DNA of 64,000 bases, taken from positions 192,001 through 256,000 of the forward strand of contig OZ219754.1 of the NCBI GenBank assembly GCA_964291295.2, written 5' to 3'. Under the pieces are notes generated by a model, which saw nothing but the letters and a program-made list of their open reading frames with translations, had not been told where the DNA came from and made no database searches. A program made the translations under genes and the position numbers. This stretch comes from an uncultured Candidatus Binatia bacterium (GTDB taxonomy: Bacteria > Desulfobacterota > Binatia > UBA9968 > JAJDTQ01). Below are positions 31,502 through 45,700 of the stretch, piece after piece; within the stretch, counting starts at the first letter, position 1, and every line of letters starts with the position of its first letter.

Positions 31502-34055
31502 TTGCCAAGTTTGGATACGGCTACCCTTTGGCGCACCGCATTCGCGGATGAAAGACGCCCCGACCCCTGGCAGGAAACACTCGCCACCCGCGCATGGCCG
31601 CGGGTTCTCACAGCGCCGACGGGGTCGGGCAAGACGGCCGCGGTGACGCTCGGCTGGGCGGCGCACCGTCTGCGGAGTCCCGAGACCACGCCGCGCCGGC
31701 TCGTCTGGTGCCTGCCGATGCGAACCTTGGTGGAGCAGATCGCGGAGGCCGCCAGGGATTGGTTCACGAGGCTCGCCGAAGTCGACGCCAGCGGCCATCT
31801 CCCCCGGCCGGAGCATGTCCACGTGCTCATGGGCGGCGCGGATGCCAGCGACTGGCTGGACCGGCCGGAGCGTCCAGCGGTGCTCGTCGGTACCCAGGAC
31901 ATGCTGCTGAGCCGTGCGCTCATGCGGGGCTATGCCTCTTCGCGCGCTATCTGGCCAATGGAGTTCGCGCTCTTGCACGAGGACGTGCAGTGGGTGTTCG
32001 ACGAAGTACAACTCATGGGCGCGGGCCGTGCCACCTCGGTCCAGCTCGAAGCGTTCCGACAGGCGGCGGCAGACCGGGCGCGCGACCAGAGGCGCCCGAG
32101 CGAGCGTCCTTCCCGCAGCCTCTGGATCTCCGCCACCCTTGATCCGCGGTGGCTCGTCACCGTGGACCACCCCGCGCCGTCCGGGGAAGCGGTGGTCAGG
32201 GTCGATGCCGATGCGGTGCCGGACGGCAGGCTCACCCGCCTGGCGCATGCCGCCAAGCGGCTCACCCGATCGCCCGTGGCCCCGGCGTCCTCGAAGAAGT
32301 CGCACGTCGACGACTACGTCCGCAAGTTGGCCGAGGCGATTCTCGACGCCCACCGCCGCGGACGGATGACCTTGGCAATCGTCAACCGCGTGGATCGGGC
32401 ACAGGCGCTCAGGGATGCGCTCGAGAAGAAGCTGTCGAAGCGAAAGACGGCGGCGCCGACGCTGGCCCTGGTCCACTCACGCTTCCGTCCCTGCGACCGC
32501 GCGCGGGAGATGGCGATAGTCCGGGGCACAGACCGCGCATGTCCGCACGGCCGTATCGTCATCGCCACGCAGGCGGTGGAGGCGGGGGTGGACATCTCCG
32601 CTGCGGTCCTGTTCACCGAGCTCGCGCCGTGGTCCTCGCTGGTCCAGCGCTTCGGCCGCGCCAACCGTTACGCCGAGCTTGACGGCGGCGCGAACGTGCA
32701 CTGGATAGACCTGTTGTCGCCGCCCACGGACGACACGCCATCGGACAAGCTGGCGCAACCCTACGAGACCGCGGAGCTCCAGGCCGCCCGGGACCGCTTG
32801 AACCGCCTGAGCGACGTTGCGCCGGTTCATCTTTCTCCGCCTGACGCAGTCGCACCGCCGCGCCGGGTCATCCGCCGCAAGGACCTCGACGACATCTTTG
32901 ACACGGACCCGGACCTGACCGGTTTCGACGTCGACGTCTCGCCTTACGTGCGTGACCCCGACGACACGGACATCCAGGTCTTCTGGCGGGATCTGTCCGC
33001 AGCGGGAGACGATCCGCCGCGTCCCGGACGAGAGGAGTTGTGCGCGGTGTCCATCGGCACCGCAAGAACGTGGGTTTCCAAGCTGCCGGACAAGGGACGG
33101 AACCTCCTGTTTCAGCGGGACCCGCAGTGGCGGCGCCAGGACGGACGAACCGGAGCGGCCCCGCCGGGGTGGATGCGGCTGCAGGGTCCACCTTGGCCGG
33201 GCCTGGTTCTGCTTGCAGACCCGAAGGCTGGCGGCTACCGCTGCGCATCCGGATTCACCGGCGATCCGAAGCACAAGCCCGAGCCCGTCCTGAATCCGGT
33301 TCCGCCCGATGCACCCGTGGATGGTTTCGATGCTTCCATGCCCCGGGAGACCGAGGGACACGACGAAGACCCGCTGAGCGGGATCAATGCGGTCGTGCCG
33401 CTGGCCGATCATCTCCGGCATGTCGCCGCCGAGGCCGACGCGTTGTGCCGTGCCCTTGATGTGGAACCGGACACGCGCGGGACCATCGTGCGTGCGGCGC
33501 GCTGGCACGATCTCGGCAAGGCGCACGAGGTTTTTCAGGACACCATGCGCCGGGGCCTGGATCACCACCCGGCTGCGGCGACCGACGCGCTGCTCGCCAA
33601 GACCGTCAGACAGGTTCGTCATGGCAGGGCCTACTTCCGCCACGAACTGGCATCGGCCTTGGCGTTCCTGGCCCACGAGGGCTGGACACGCGAGGCCGAT
33701 CTCGTCGCCTACCTGGTTGCCGCGCACCACGGCAAGGTGCGGATGAACCTGCGCGCCCTGCCCCGCGAACGGGAGCCATCGGGCGAACGAGCGGGTTCTC
33801 GCTTTGCCCGCGGGGTATGGGAAGGCGACGCGCTTCCGAGCGTCGATCTGGGCGCGGGCGAACGCTGGGCCGGCGGCCCCCTCACCCTGTCGATCATGGA
33901 ACTTGGCTGGGACGAAGCGACGCGAGAGAGCTGGACCGAGCGTACCCGCGATCTGCTGGAGCGGTTCGGCCCTTTCCGGCTCGCCTGGATGGAGACCATT
34001 GTCCGGATCGCCGACTGGCGAGCATCGGCGAAAGAACGAAGGGGCAGCTATGGCG

Positions 34056-34063
<8 letters not shown>
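31502..34063 (+). CDS. cas3: Type I-G (I-U) CRISPR helicase-nuclease Cas3 with C-terminal HD domain
   Basis: Helicase motifs PTGSGKT, DEVQL, SAT, HSRF, TQAVEAGVDIS, QRFGRANR, then HD motifs LADHL, WHDLGKAH, HELAS, AHHG. A C-terminal HD domain is typical of subtype I-G. Confidence 0.92.
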
Positions 34064-37413
<3,350 letters not shown>

Positions 37414-37417
37414 AGGG

Positions 37418-39070
37418 ATGTTCGCCCTCACCTTCCACTTTCCCGCCGGTCGCTACCATGCGACGCCGTGGGGCCGCAATGTCAACGAGGCGGACGTGGC
37501 TTGGCCGCCGGAGCCTTGGCGGCTGTTGCGCGCGGTCATCGCCGCCTGGTGGCGCAAGGGTGATCGAGAGCGCTGGTCGAAGGACGCTCTCGCCGCCCTC
37601 ATCGACGCGCTGGCCGAAGCGCCGCCCGTCTACCATCTGCCCGAGGGGGCGATCCACGCCCACACCCGCCACTACATGCCGCAAGGGAAGCTCGACAAGG
37701 GGAGGGAGAAGACGGCGCTCGTCTTCGACGGGTTCATCCACCTGCCGGAAGGGGCGGAAATCGTCGTCGCCTGGCCCGCTCTCACCCTGAACGGGGAGAT
37801 GTTCGGGCTGGCGGCCGACCTTGCCGAGTCGATGGGCTATCTCGGCCGCGCGGAGAGCTGGACGGAATGCCGGGCCGTGGACGACTGGAACGGCACAGTG
37901 AACTGCCGGCTCGCCGGAGCCGAGGGGGCCGGAACTCCGGTGCGCGTGTTGGCGCCTCGCTCCCCCGCGGCATACGCGGCCGAACGACAGCGTCTGATCG
38001 CGGACGCCGGGCGGGAGGCGGCGGGCGTGGCGCCTCAACCGAGGCGTCGGTCAAAGAACCGTAACGATCCGACCACCACGGCGTTTCGGAGCAAGGCAAC
38101 CGGTGCGGACACGCTGCCGGAACGACTCGTCGATGCGCTGGCACTCGACACCGCGGATTATCAGGACCGCGGCTGGAGCCGTCCGCCAGCGGCGTACGAA
38201 GTCGTCTACAGGCGTGACGCCGGCGCGGGCCCCGGCGTCATTCCCCGCAGCGTCGCCCGGCGTCGCCGCGCCCCTCGGAGTGAAGACGGCCCCACCATTG
38301 CCCGCTTTCTGGTGGCAGGTCGGCCCCTTCCCCGCATCGAAGACGCCGTCAGGATTGGCGAACTCATGCGCCGCGCCGCACTCGCGCAGTTCGGCTGGAG
38401 GAAGGACCCGGCGTCGGGGCGCTCGATTCCACGTGCACCGTGGCAGATTTCGGGGCGGAACACCGACGGCCGACCCTTGACCGCCCCATCCCACCAACAT
38501 GCTTTCTGGCTCCCGGAAGATGCGGATTCCGACGGTTGGATCGACCATGTCTCGGTCTATATCGAGAGCGGCATCGACCATGAGCTCCGCGCCCGGCTCG
38601 ACCGAATCACCCGCCTCTGGCTTGCTCCGAGGCAGCGGCCGGGCACTGACGAGCCCGAGCCTCCGGCGGTGAAGGAGTGGCGCCTTGCATTGGAGGGCCT
38701 CGGCCGTCCGGCCGACTTTGCCGGGAGCGCGCGGATCTTCGGCGTCTCGACCCGGTGGCGAAGCGTCACCCCGTTTCTGGCGTCCGGGCATCTCAAGGCG
38801 TCCGGCTACCCGGGCGAGGTTCGCCGTCTGCTCAAACGCCGCGGCATGGTTGCTGATGGAGTGAGGGTCGAAGAGTTGAAAAGCACATCCATCGGGGGAA
38901 CCGAGCGCCGCGCCCTCCATTTTCATCGATTCCGTTCGCGTGCAGGCGAGAAGCAACCCGACACCACCGGCACCCTGCTGCGCATTGCCTTTCCGCGGCC
39001 GATCACCGGGCCGCTCGCCATGGGGTTCGGCAGCCACTTCGGTCTCGGCCTCTTCGAAACGGACGATTGA
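37418..39070 (+). CDS. csb2: Type I-G Cas5/Cas6 fusion Csb2
   Basis: GRYHATPWG...WPPEPWRLLRA, YLGRAESW, HQHAFWLP, C-terminal G-rich loop GPLAMGFGSHFGLGLF. Confidence 0.92.
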   Translation: MFALTFHFPAGRYHATPWGRNVNEADVAWPPEPWRLLRAVIAAWWRKGDRERWSKDALAALIDALAEAPPVYHLPEGAIHAHTRHYMPQGKLDKGREKTALVFDGFIHLPEGAEIVVAWPALTLNGEMFGLAADLAESMGYLGRAESWTECRAVDDWNGTVNCRLAGAEGAGTPVRVLAPRSPAAYAAERQRLIADAGREAAGVAPQPRRRSKNRNDPTTTAFRSKATGADTLPERLVDALALDTADYQDRGWSRPPAAYEVVYRRDAGAGPGVIPRSVARRRRAPRSEDGPTIARFLVAGRPLPRIEDAVRIGELMRRAALAQFGWRKDPASGRSIPRAPWQISGRNTDGRPLTAPSHQHAFWLPEDADSDGWIDHVSVYIESGIDHELRARLDRITRLWLAPRQRPGTDEPEPPAVKEWRLALEGLGRPADFAGSARIFGVSTRWRSVTPFLASGHLKASGYPGEVRRLLKRRGMVADGVRVEELKSTSIGGTERRALHFHRFRSRAGEKQPDTTGTLLRIAFPRPITGPLAMGFGSHFGLGLFETDD

Positions 39071-39300
39071 GAGGCCGGGCGCACGAACGAGTGCCGGCGT
39101 TCGCAGATGCGGGCGGTCTTGATCCGGGGCGCTCGCACACGATCTGCCAAGGGCCGTCCAGATGGGTGCGGTGCGTGCCCGGGGAATGGCTGAACAACGC
39201 GGCGGGGCGAAAGGGAGCGGGTCGCGACCTGTGGATGCCATGGATTCAGCCCCAGCGAATTCGGAATTGTTCAGACTGTCCCCGGAACTTCGGACCGTCC

Positions 39301-40197
39301 CTAAAACTCCATCAGATCCTCGGCGACGACCACCTCGCCCGAGTAGTGTTTCCGCACTTCCGCCGCCCAGGGTTCGTAGTCGGTGGTGCCGACGCGGCGC
39401 GTGAGGTGGGACAGCACGACCTTCCTGACCCCGGCCTCCGTGGCCAGCGCGGCGATGCGGTCGAGCCCCATGTGCCCCTGGGTCGCCTGGCGCAGGATGC
39501 CTTCCTGCTCGGCCGTGCTCATGGCCTGCCAGCGGCCGTCCCGGATCATGGCGTTCTTGCGTTCGTCGCACGAGGAGGTCTCGGTGACCAGCACATCCGC
39601 GTCCCTGGCCAGCGCGGTGACGGCGGCACTGAAGCCGGTGTCGCCGGTGAAGACGATGACCCGATCCGGGGTCTCGAAGCGGTAGGAGTAGGACTTGTAA
39701 CGGCCGGCGTTGCCGCCCTGGTGGAAGCTGAAGTGGGTGTTCTCCACCGCGGTCACACGGATGTTGTCGTCCTGGTAGACTTGGCCGATACCCACATCGT
39801 GGCCGAAGAACACCTTGTCCAGCGGCACGCTGCGGCCGCCGTCGGCGATGCGGATGTCGGCGCTGATGCTGCACAGCCTTGTCGTGGCATCCACCAGTTC
39901 CCGAGTCCGGGGCGGGCCGTAGACGTGGATGGGCTCGGTGCGCTGACCGTCCCAGGCCAGGGCCATGAGGGTGCCCAAGCCCGCGGTGTGGTCGTCGTGG
40001 TGGTGCGTGAGGAAGATGGTGCCGACCTTGCGCACGTCGGCGCCCGCCCTGGCCATGCGCCGGGCCGCGCCGTCCCCGGCATCCACCACGTAGCAGGTGC
40101 CGTTGACGGTGAGCAGATGGGAAGTCTGCGCACGATGGGGTGTCAGCGACGGCCCGCCCCCGGTGCCCAGAATGATCAGTGAGGATGGCGTCTTCAT
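39301..40197 (-). CDS. MBL-fold metallo-hydrolase (RNase Z / sulfatase-like)
   Basis: LGTGGGP, VDAGDG, THHHDDH, FTGDT, GH, LSHL. Confidence 0.88.
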   Translation of the reverse strand: MKTPSSLIILGTGGGPSLTPHRAQTSHLLTVNGTCYVVDAGDGAARRMARAGADVRKVGTIFLTHHHDDHTAGLGTLMALAWDGQRTEPIHVYGPPRTRELVDATTRLCSISADIRIADGGRSVPLDKVFFGHDVGIGQVYQDDNIRVTAVENTHFSFHQGGNAGRYKSYSYRFETPDRVIVFTGDTGFSAAVTALARDADVLVTETSSCDERKNAMIRDGRWQAMSTAEQEGILRQATQGHMGLDRIAALATEAGVRKVVLSHLTRRVGTTDYEPWAAEVRKHYSGEVVVAEDLMEF

Positions 40198-40244
40198 GTT
40201 CTCCCCCGTTCAACGGCAACGTTGGAGGCCGGGCGCGGGAAGCG

Positions 40245-41060
40245 TCAACCGCCGGCGTCCGGCCGCTTCTCTCCGGCGATCAGGCCGTAGTGGAAGCCAC
40301 CGCTGATGCGGAGCCGGTCGCCGACCCCTTCATGGCGAAAATACCGCTCGGCGAAACGCCTCCGGAATTCCGGCGGACGGTGCTTGAGCGCGTCCGCCAC
40401 CTCGACCCAGTGGCGGCCGGCAGGAATGCCTGCGGTGCCGTCCTGGTCCACGGTGCAGGTGTGGTGGTCGGCCCGCACGACCTCCAGCCCCCCGTCCACC
40501 ATCAGCCGCCGCACCTCTTCCACCGTATACAATCGGAAACCAGCGCCGTGGGAGCGCTGGAAGGTCTCGTTGATGAGGCTGTTGACCGCCGTATCCAGCG
40601 CATCGTCCGCCGCCAGGATCACCGGATCGAGGATGAGCAGCCGGCCGCCGGGCTTGATCACGCGCCCGGCCTCCCGCACCATGTCCCGGGCACTCGCGAA
40701 GTGGTGGAGGCTGAAGGCCACCCATGCCCGGTCAAAGGCGTCATTGCGCAGCGGCATGCGCTCCGCGGTCGCGACCACCCGTTCGTAACGGGCAATGGGC
40801 TCCGCATCCGCGTCCTGCGACACCCGCAGCATGGCCAGCGCCGCGTCGATGCCGATGATGCTTCCGGCCGCCAGACGCCGGGAAACCGGACGCGCGAACC
40901 GGCCCGTGCCCGTGGCCACGTCCAGCACGGTCTCGTTGCCACGCAGTTCCATGGCCGCGATCAACCGGTCCGCCAACTGCCCGCGAATGTCCGACATGGC
41001 CGCCTGCCGGTCGAACTCCGCGGCGTGCGCATGGTCGTGAAAGTGCGCGTTCCCGCTCAT
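40245..41060 (-). CDS. Class I SAM-dependent methyltransferase (UbiE-like)
   Basis: VLDVATGTG, GID...AML, AERMPL..DAFD, RVIKPGG. Confidence 0.85.
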   Translation of the reverse strand: MSGNAHFHDHAHAAEFDRQAAMSDIRGQLADRLIAAMELRGNETVLDVATGTGRFARPVSRRLAAGSIIGIDAALAMLRVSQDADAEPIARYERVVATAERMPLRNDAFDRAWVAFSLHHFASARDMVREAGRVIKPGGRLLILDPVILAADDALDTAVNSLINETFQRSHGAGFRLYTVEEVRRLMVDGGLEVVRADHHTCTVDQDGTAGIPAGRHWVEVADALKHRPPEFRRRFAERYFRHEGVGDRLRISGGFHYGLIAGEKRPDAGG

Positions 41061-41478
41061 GATCCCCCCTCAAGGCTCACTTGTTGTCCGACGAGGGGCG
41101 ACGCAGCCTGGGCCAGCCGTCCACCGGGGAGCCGGCTGCGTCGTCGGTGTGCAGTTCGGCATCAGGGACAGCAACGCCGCAGCGGTCGCCAAGTACCGGT
41201 GGCGGCAAGTATGTCATATGATGCTCCCGACATGGGCCGCGACGCCGAGCACCCGTCATGCCTGCGTCCGGCCCGGCACGGACGGCGGCGATGGAGAGCC
41301 GGGCCAGAGGTCTCCATCGCCTGCCGTTTCTCCGGAGGGTCCATGACCATGGCCACCACGACTCTTCGCACCATTGACTGTACCGGCTTGGCGGTCCGCC
41401 GGGTCCATGATCGTGGACACCGCCACCGGCGCCTGAAGACGAAACACGCCGCGACAAGCGGGCACCCCACCCCTGCCG

Positions 41479-42492
41479 TTACGGCAGCCGGCACTCCGGC
41501 GTCAACCGCTTCAACTCAGGGATGACCTCTTCACCGAAACGCTGGATGGTTTCGAGGGTAAAGCCGGAGTCCATTCCGGGCCAATCGACCATGAACCACA
41601 TGATCTCGGCGCCGAACTCCTGGCGGTAGCTCAGCACTTGCTCGGTAACCTCTGCCGGGCTGCCAAGGACCAGGCGGTCCTGCTGCAACTGCTCGAAGGG
41701 CAGGTCGTAGCGCTCTCCCGGCTGGCCCCAGCGCTGGTAGCGTTCGTAGCGGCGTTCGTAACCCTCGCGGATACGTGCCTCCGCCTGCTTCCGAGTGTCG
41801 GCGATGCACAAGTCACGGAAGATGAACAGCCCCTCGAAGGGCCTGCCCTGCCGCTCCAGGGCTTGCCGGTACGCCGGCACGGCTTCGCGCAGGAACGTCC
41901 GGGTATGGCGCCGGCTGGCGATCCAGTGGTCCGCCACCTCCGGCACCCGCGCCACCGTTCGCACCGTGTCGGCCCCCAGCAGGATCGGCGGGCGGGGCTT
42001 GCGTATCGGCTTGGGCTCGATGGTGACGCCGTCGATCCGGTAGAACCGGCCCTGGTGGCGCACCTCGTTCTCCGTCCACAGCCGTTTCACTACCTCGATG
42101 CTCTCCTCCAGCCGCGGACGCTTCTCGTGAATGGGCACGCTCATGGAATTGAACTCGACGTCGCGATAGCCCTGGCCAACGCCAAAAAGGAACCGGCCGC
42201 CGCACAGGTTGTCCACAGTGGCGGTGCACTCGGCCACCATCAGGGGTTCGTGCATGGGCAGCAGGAAAATCGCCGTACCCAGGTACATCCCCGGGGTCAG
42301 ACCCGCAAAGTACGATAGCAGCGGCAGGGATTGCAGCATTGCCGCGTCGGGCCCGGTGGCGTAGTGCTGTGCCACGAACAGGGCCTCGTAGTTGCTGGCA
42401 TGCGCCACCCGTGCCCGTTCCGTGAAGTCGCGGCAGACATCGGCCCTGTTCAGATCCGAAGGATAGCTGCCGAACGCGATGCCGAAACGCAT
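41479..42492 (-). CDS. LLM-class flavin-dependent oxidoreductase
   Basis: FVAQHY, LGTAIFLLP, GGRFLFGVGQGYR..EF, KPRPPILLG, GSPAEV, FGEEVIP. Confidence 0.88.
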   Translation of the reverse strand: MRFGIAFGSYPSDLNRADVCRDFTERARVAHASNYEALFVAQHYATGPDAAMLQSLPLLSYFAGLTPGMYLGTAIFLLPMHEPLMVAECTATVDNLCGGRFLFGVGQGYRDVEFNSMSVPIHEKRPRLEESIEVVKRLWTENEVRHQGRFYRIDGVTIEPKPIRKPRPPILLGADTVRTVARVPEVADHWIASRRHTRTFLREAVPAYRQALERQGRPFEGLFIFRDLCIADTRKQAEARIREGYERRYERYQRWGQPGERYDLPFEQLQQDRLVLGSPAEVTEQVLSYRQEFGAEIMWFMVDWPGMDSGFTLETIQRFGEEVIPELKRLTPECRLP

Positions 42493-42774
42493 GACGAAAT
42501 CTCCGGCCCCTGCTCTCCGATCCCTTCTTCACGCGCACACGAGGTCAAGGAGACTCGGCGCGCCCCCTTGTCCCCGGCAAGATCCACCGGCACGTGGCGG
42601 CGGACTCCGGCGTGAGGAGGATCGGCCACCCTGCCGGCGCCGAAAGGACGAGGCAGAAAGGCACACCGGGGTTCAGGGTACGGGATGTCCGCGGAGGCTC
42701 TCCTCCGCCAAGCCGAACGCAAGATCGGCACCACCGGAACAGGGGCCCTGCCGGAGACACGGCCCGCTCGTTCG

Positions 42775-45700
42775 TTACCAACTCATGGACGCGCGCAGCA
42801 TCAGTTCGTATTCGGCGTTGTCGTCGTCGTACACCTGCCGGTGCGCACCTTCCAGACTCAGTGCAGCCGACGATCCGAGGAGTTGCAGACGACTTCCCGC
42901 CCGGTAGCTCCGCCCACCGTCCTCCGAAAGCGTAACCGCGGCATAGGGCGTCACCAGACCTCGCCCGCTCAGCGCCGACAGCCCATAGCCTGCCTCGGTC
43001 ACGAGATGTCCCCCCACCTCATCCTGACCACCGTCCGCCACCGCCAAGGACCCCTTCCGCAGAGACGATCCAGCCCCGCCATGGACAGCACCCAGTCCCG
43101 GCGCGATGCTCAGAGACAGGCCGAGCCCGTCCCCGCCCGAATCCTTCCGAATCAGGCCGCCAATGCCCCATTCTTTCGTGTCGCCGCCGTGACCCGTCAA
43201 CGCCCGCCCCCGGACTTCCAGGGTCAGACCCAACGCCGTGTCCCGGTAGCTCAACGCGCTTCCGATCTCCACTCCGGTTCCGGTCGCACCGTCGCCACCG
43301 TCGCTGCGGAGACCCACCTCCACCGAAGGCGTCAGGATGGCGCTCTCCGCCATTGCATGTGCATGGCGCGCTTCGAGAGAGGCTCGCAGCCGACGGACAT
43401 CGACACTGATGGACGCGAGCGTGTCCGAGCCATCCATCTTGGCGCGAGCGAACGAACCGTCGGCCCTGATATGAACAGTTGTCCTGCCGCCCTCAACTAC
43501 GTCGTCGCTCGAAAACACCTCTCCCTCGACGCCTGCCGCCCCGGAAGTCTGCGTCAGATCGCCGGTCTGCAGACCTTTCTGGTCATCCTTGATGTCGACG
43601 TCGCCACGGCCATACCCTGCCAGTGCCCACAGTTCGACCCCGGGCGACAGGATCAGGCCCGCATACGGGTGAACGGAGGTCAGAGTCGTCTCGTAGGTTC
43701 CCGTATTCGCCGAGCCTTTCCCTTCCTTGTAGTCGAAACGGCCGCGCGACAGCGACATCGACAACCCCGCGAGCAGGTTGCGGCTCAGCCGCATGTCGGC
43801 GCCGAGATGGCCACTCGTCATCCTGCCATCCCAGGAGACGCCGCTGTCCGCGCCGGACAAATCGCGCCAGTCGCCACTGCCCCAGAACACCGCGCCGCCC
43901 GGCACGGTTGAAGAACCGCCGTCCGCCGCGTTGAGTGGAAGCACGAAGGAAGAGCCCGCAAGCAGGCGGGCCGCTTCGAACCCATCTTCCTCCAGTTGAG
44001 GGCCGTGTGTCTCGAACGCCTGGAGCCACCCGCCCGCGCCACCGATGTTGAGCGCCTTCGTCTCCGGCGACCCGTCCAGACCGGTGCCGACCCGAGCGCG
44101 CACCGCATCCACCGTACTCGCCAGACGTGCCCTCGTGGTTTCCGGCAACAGCACCTTGACGATCTTGTCCACACTGAACGGCGGGTACACCCCTGGGTCG
44201 CTGCGCCCCAGCAACGCCTGACCCACCTCGTCCACCTGCGCCTTCTCCGCCGCACCCAGTATCTTCGCCGCACCCGAACCCGGATAGTGCGCGCAGTACG
44301 CACTCGACGCATCCGCCGTGTCGCCGTCCCCCGCAGCCACACGCATCAGCCGGCAGTCCAGAGACTCCCACCACGCACCCACGCTCGCAAAGCCCCCTTC
44401 CCCGTATATCGCCGCCGCCGCCGCGTTCACCAGCCGCTTCGTCTCAGCATCCAGACCCGCGTACATTTTCTTCGCCGCCGCCGCCTCCGCCGGCGTCGCA
44501 TCATCCCCATGCAGCGCCGCCACCATCTCCTCCGGCGTCAGCACGTTCCACCAGCGCTTCGCCATGGCATTGTCCGCCGGGTACACCCCTGGGTCGCTGC
44601 GCCCCAGCAACGCCTGACCCACCTCGTCCACCTGCGCCTTCTCCGCCGCACCCAGTATCTTCGCCGCGCCCGAACCCGGATAGTGCGTGCAGTACGCACT
44701 CGACGCATCCGCCGTGTCGCCGTCCCCCGCAGCCACACGCATCAGCCGGCAGTCCAGAGACTCCCACCACGCACCCACGCTCGCAAAGCCCCCTTCCCCG
44801 TATATCGCCGCCGCCGCCGCGTTCACCAGCCGCTTCGTCTCAGCATCCAGACCCGCGTACATTTTCTTCGCCGCCGCCGCCTCCGCCGGCGTCGCATCAT
44901 CCCCATGCAGCGCCGCCACCATCTCCTCCGGCGTCAGCACGTTCCACCAGCGCTTCGCCATGGCATTGTCCGCCGGGTACACCCCTGGGTCGCTGCGCCC
45001 CAGCAACGCCTGACCCACCTCGTCCACCTGCGCCTTCTCCGCCGCACCCAGTATCTTCGCCGCGCCCGAACCCGGATAGTGCGTGCAGTACGCACTCGAC
45101 GCATCCGCCGTGTCGCCGTCCCCCGCAGCCACACGCATCAGCCGGCAGTCCAGAGACTCCCACCACGCACCCACGCTCGCAAAGCCCCCTTCCCCGTATA
45201 TCGCCGCCGCCGCCGCGTTCACCAGCCGCTTCGTCTCACCGTCCAGACCCGCGTACATTTTCTTCGCCGCCGCCGCCTCCGCCGGCGTCGCATCATCCCC
45301 ATGCAGCGCCGCCACCATCTCCTCCGGCGTCAGCACGTTCCACCAGCGCTTCGCCATCGCATTGTCCGCCGGGTACACCCCTGGGTCGCTGCGCCCCAGC
45401 AGCGCCTGACCCACCTCGTCCACCTGCGCCTTCTCCGCCGCACCCAGTATCTTCGCCGCGCCCGAACCCGGATAGTGCGTGCAGTACGCACTCGACGCAT
45501 CCGCCGTGTCGCCGTCCCCCGCAGCCACACGCATCAGCCGGCAGTCCAGAGACTCCCACCACGCACCCACGCTCGCAAAGCCCCCTTCCCCGTATATCGC
45601 CGCCGCCGCCGCGTTCACCAGCCGCTTCGTCTCACCGTCCAGACCCGCGTACATTTTCTTCGCCGCCGCCGCCTCCGCCGGCGTCGCATCATCCCCATGC

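Noticed and set aside
41330-41440. Short frame MATTTLRTIDCTGLA with an RBS, resembling a TusA/SirA N-terminus
   Set aside because: The similarity is too short and the CPxP motif is absent, so it cannot be supported.
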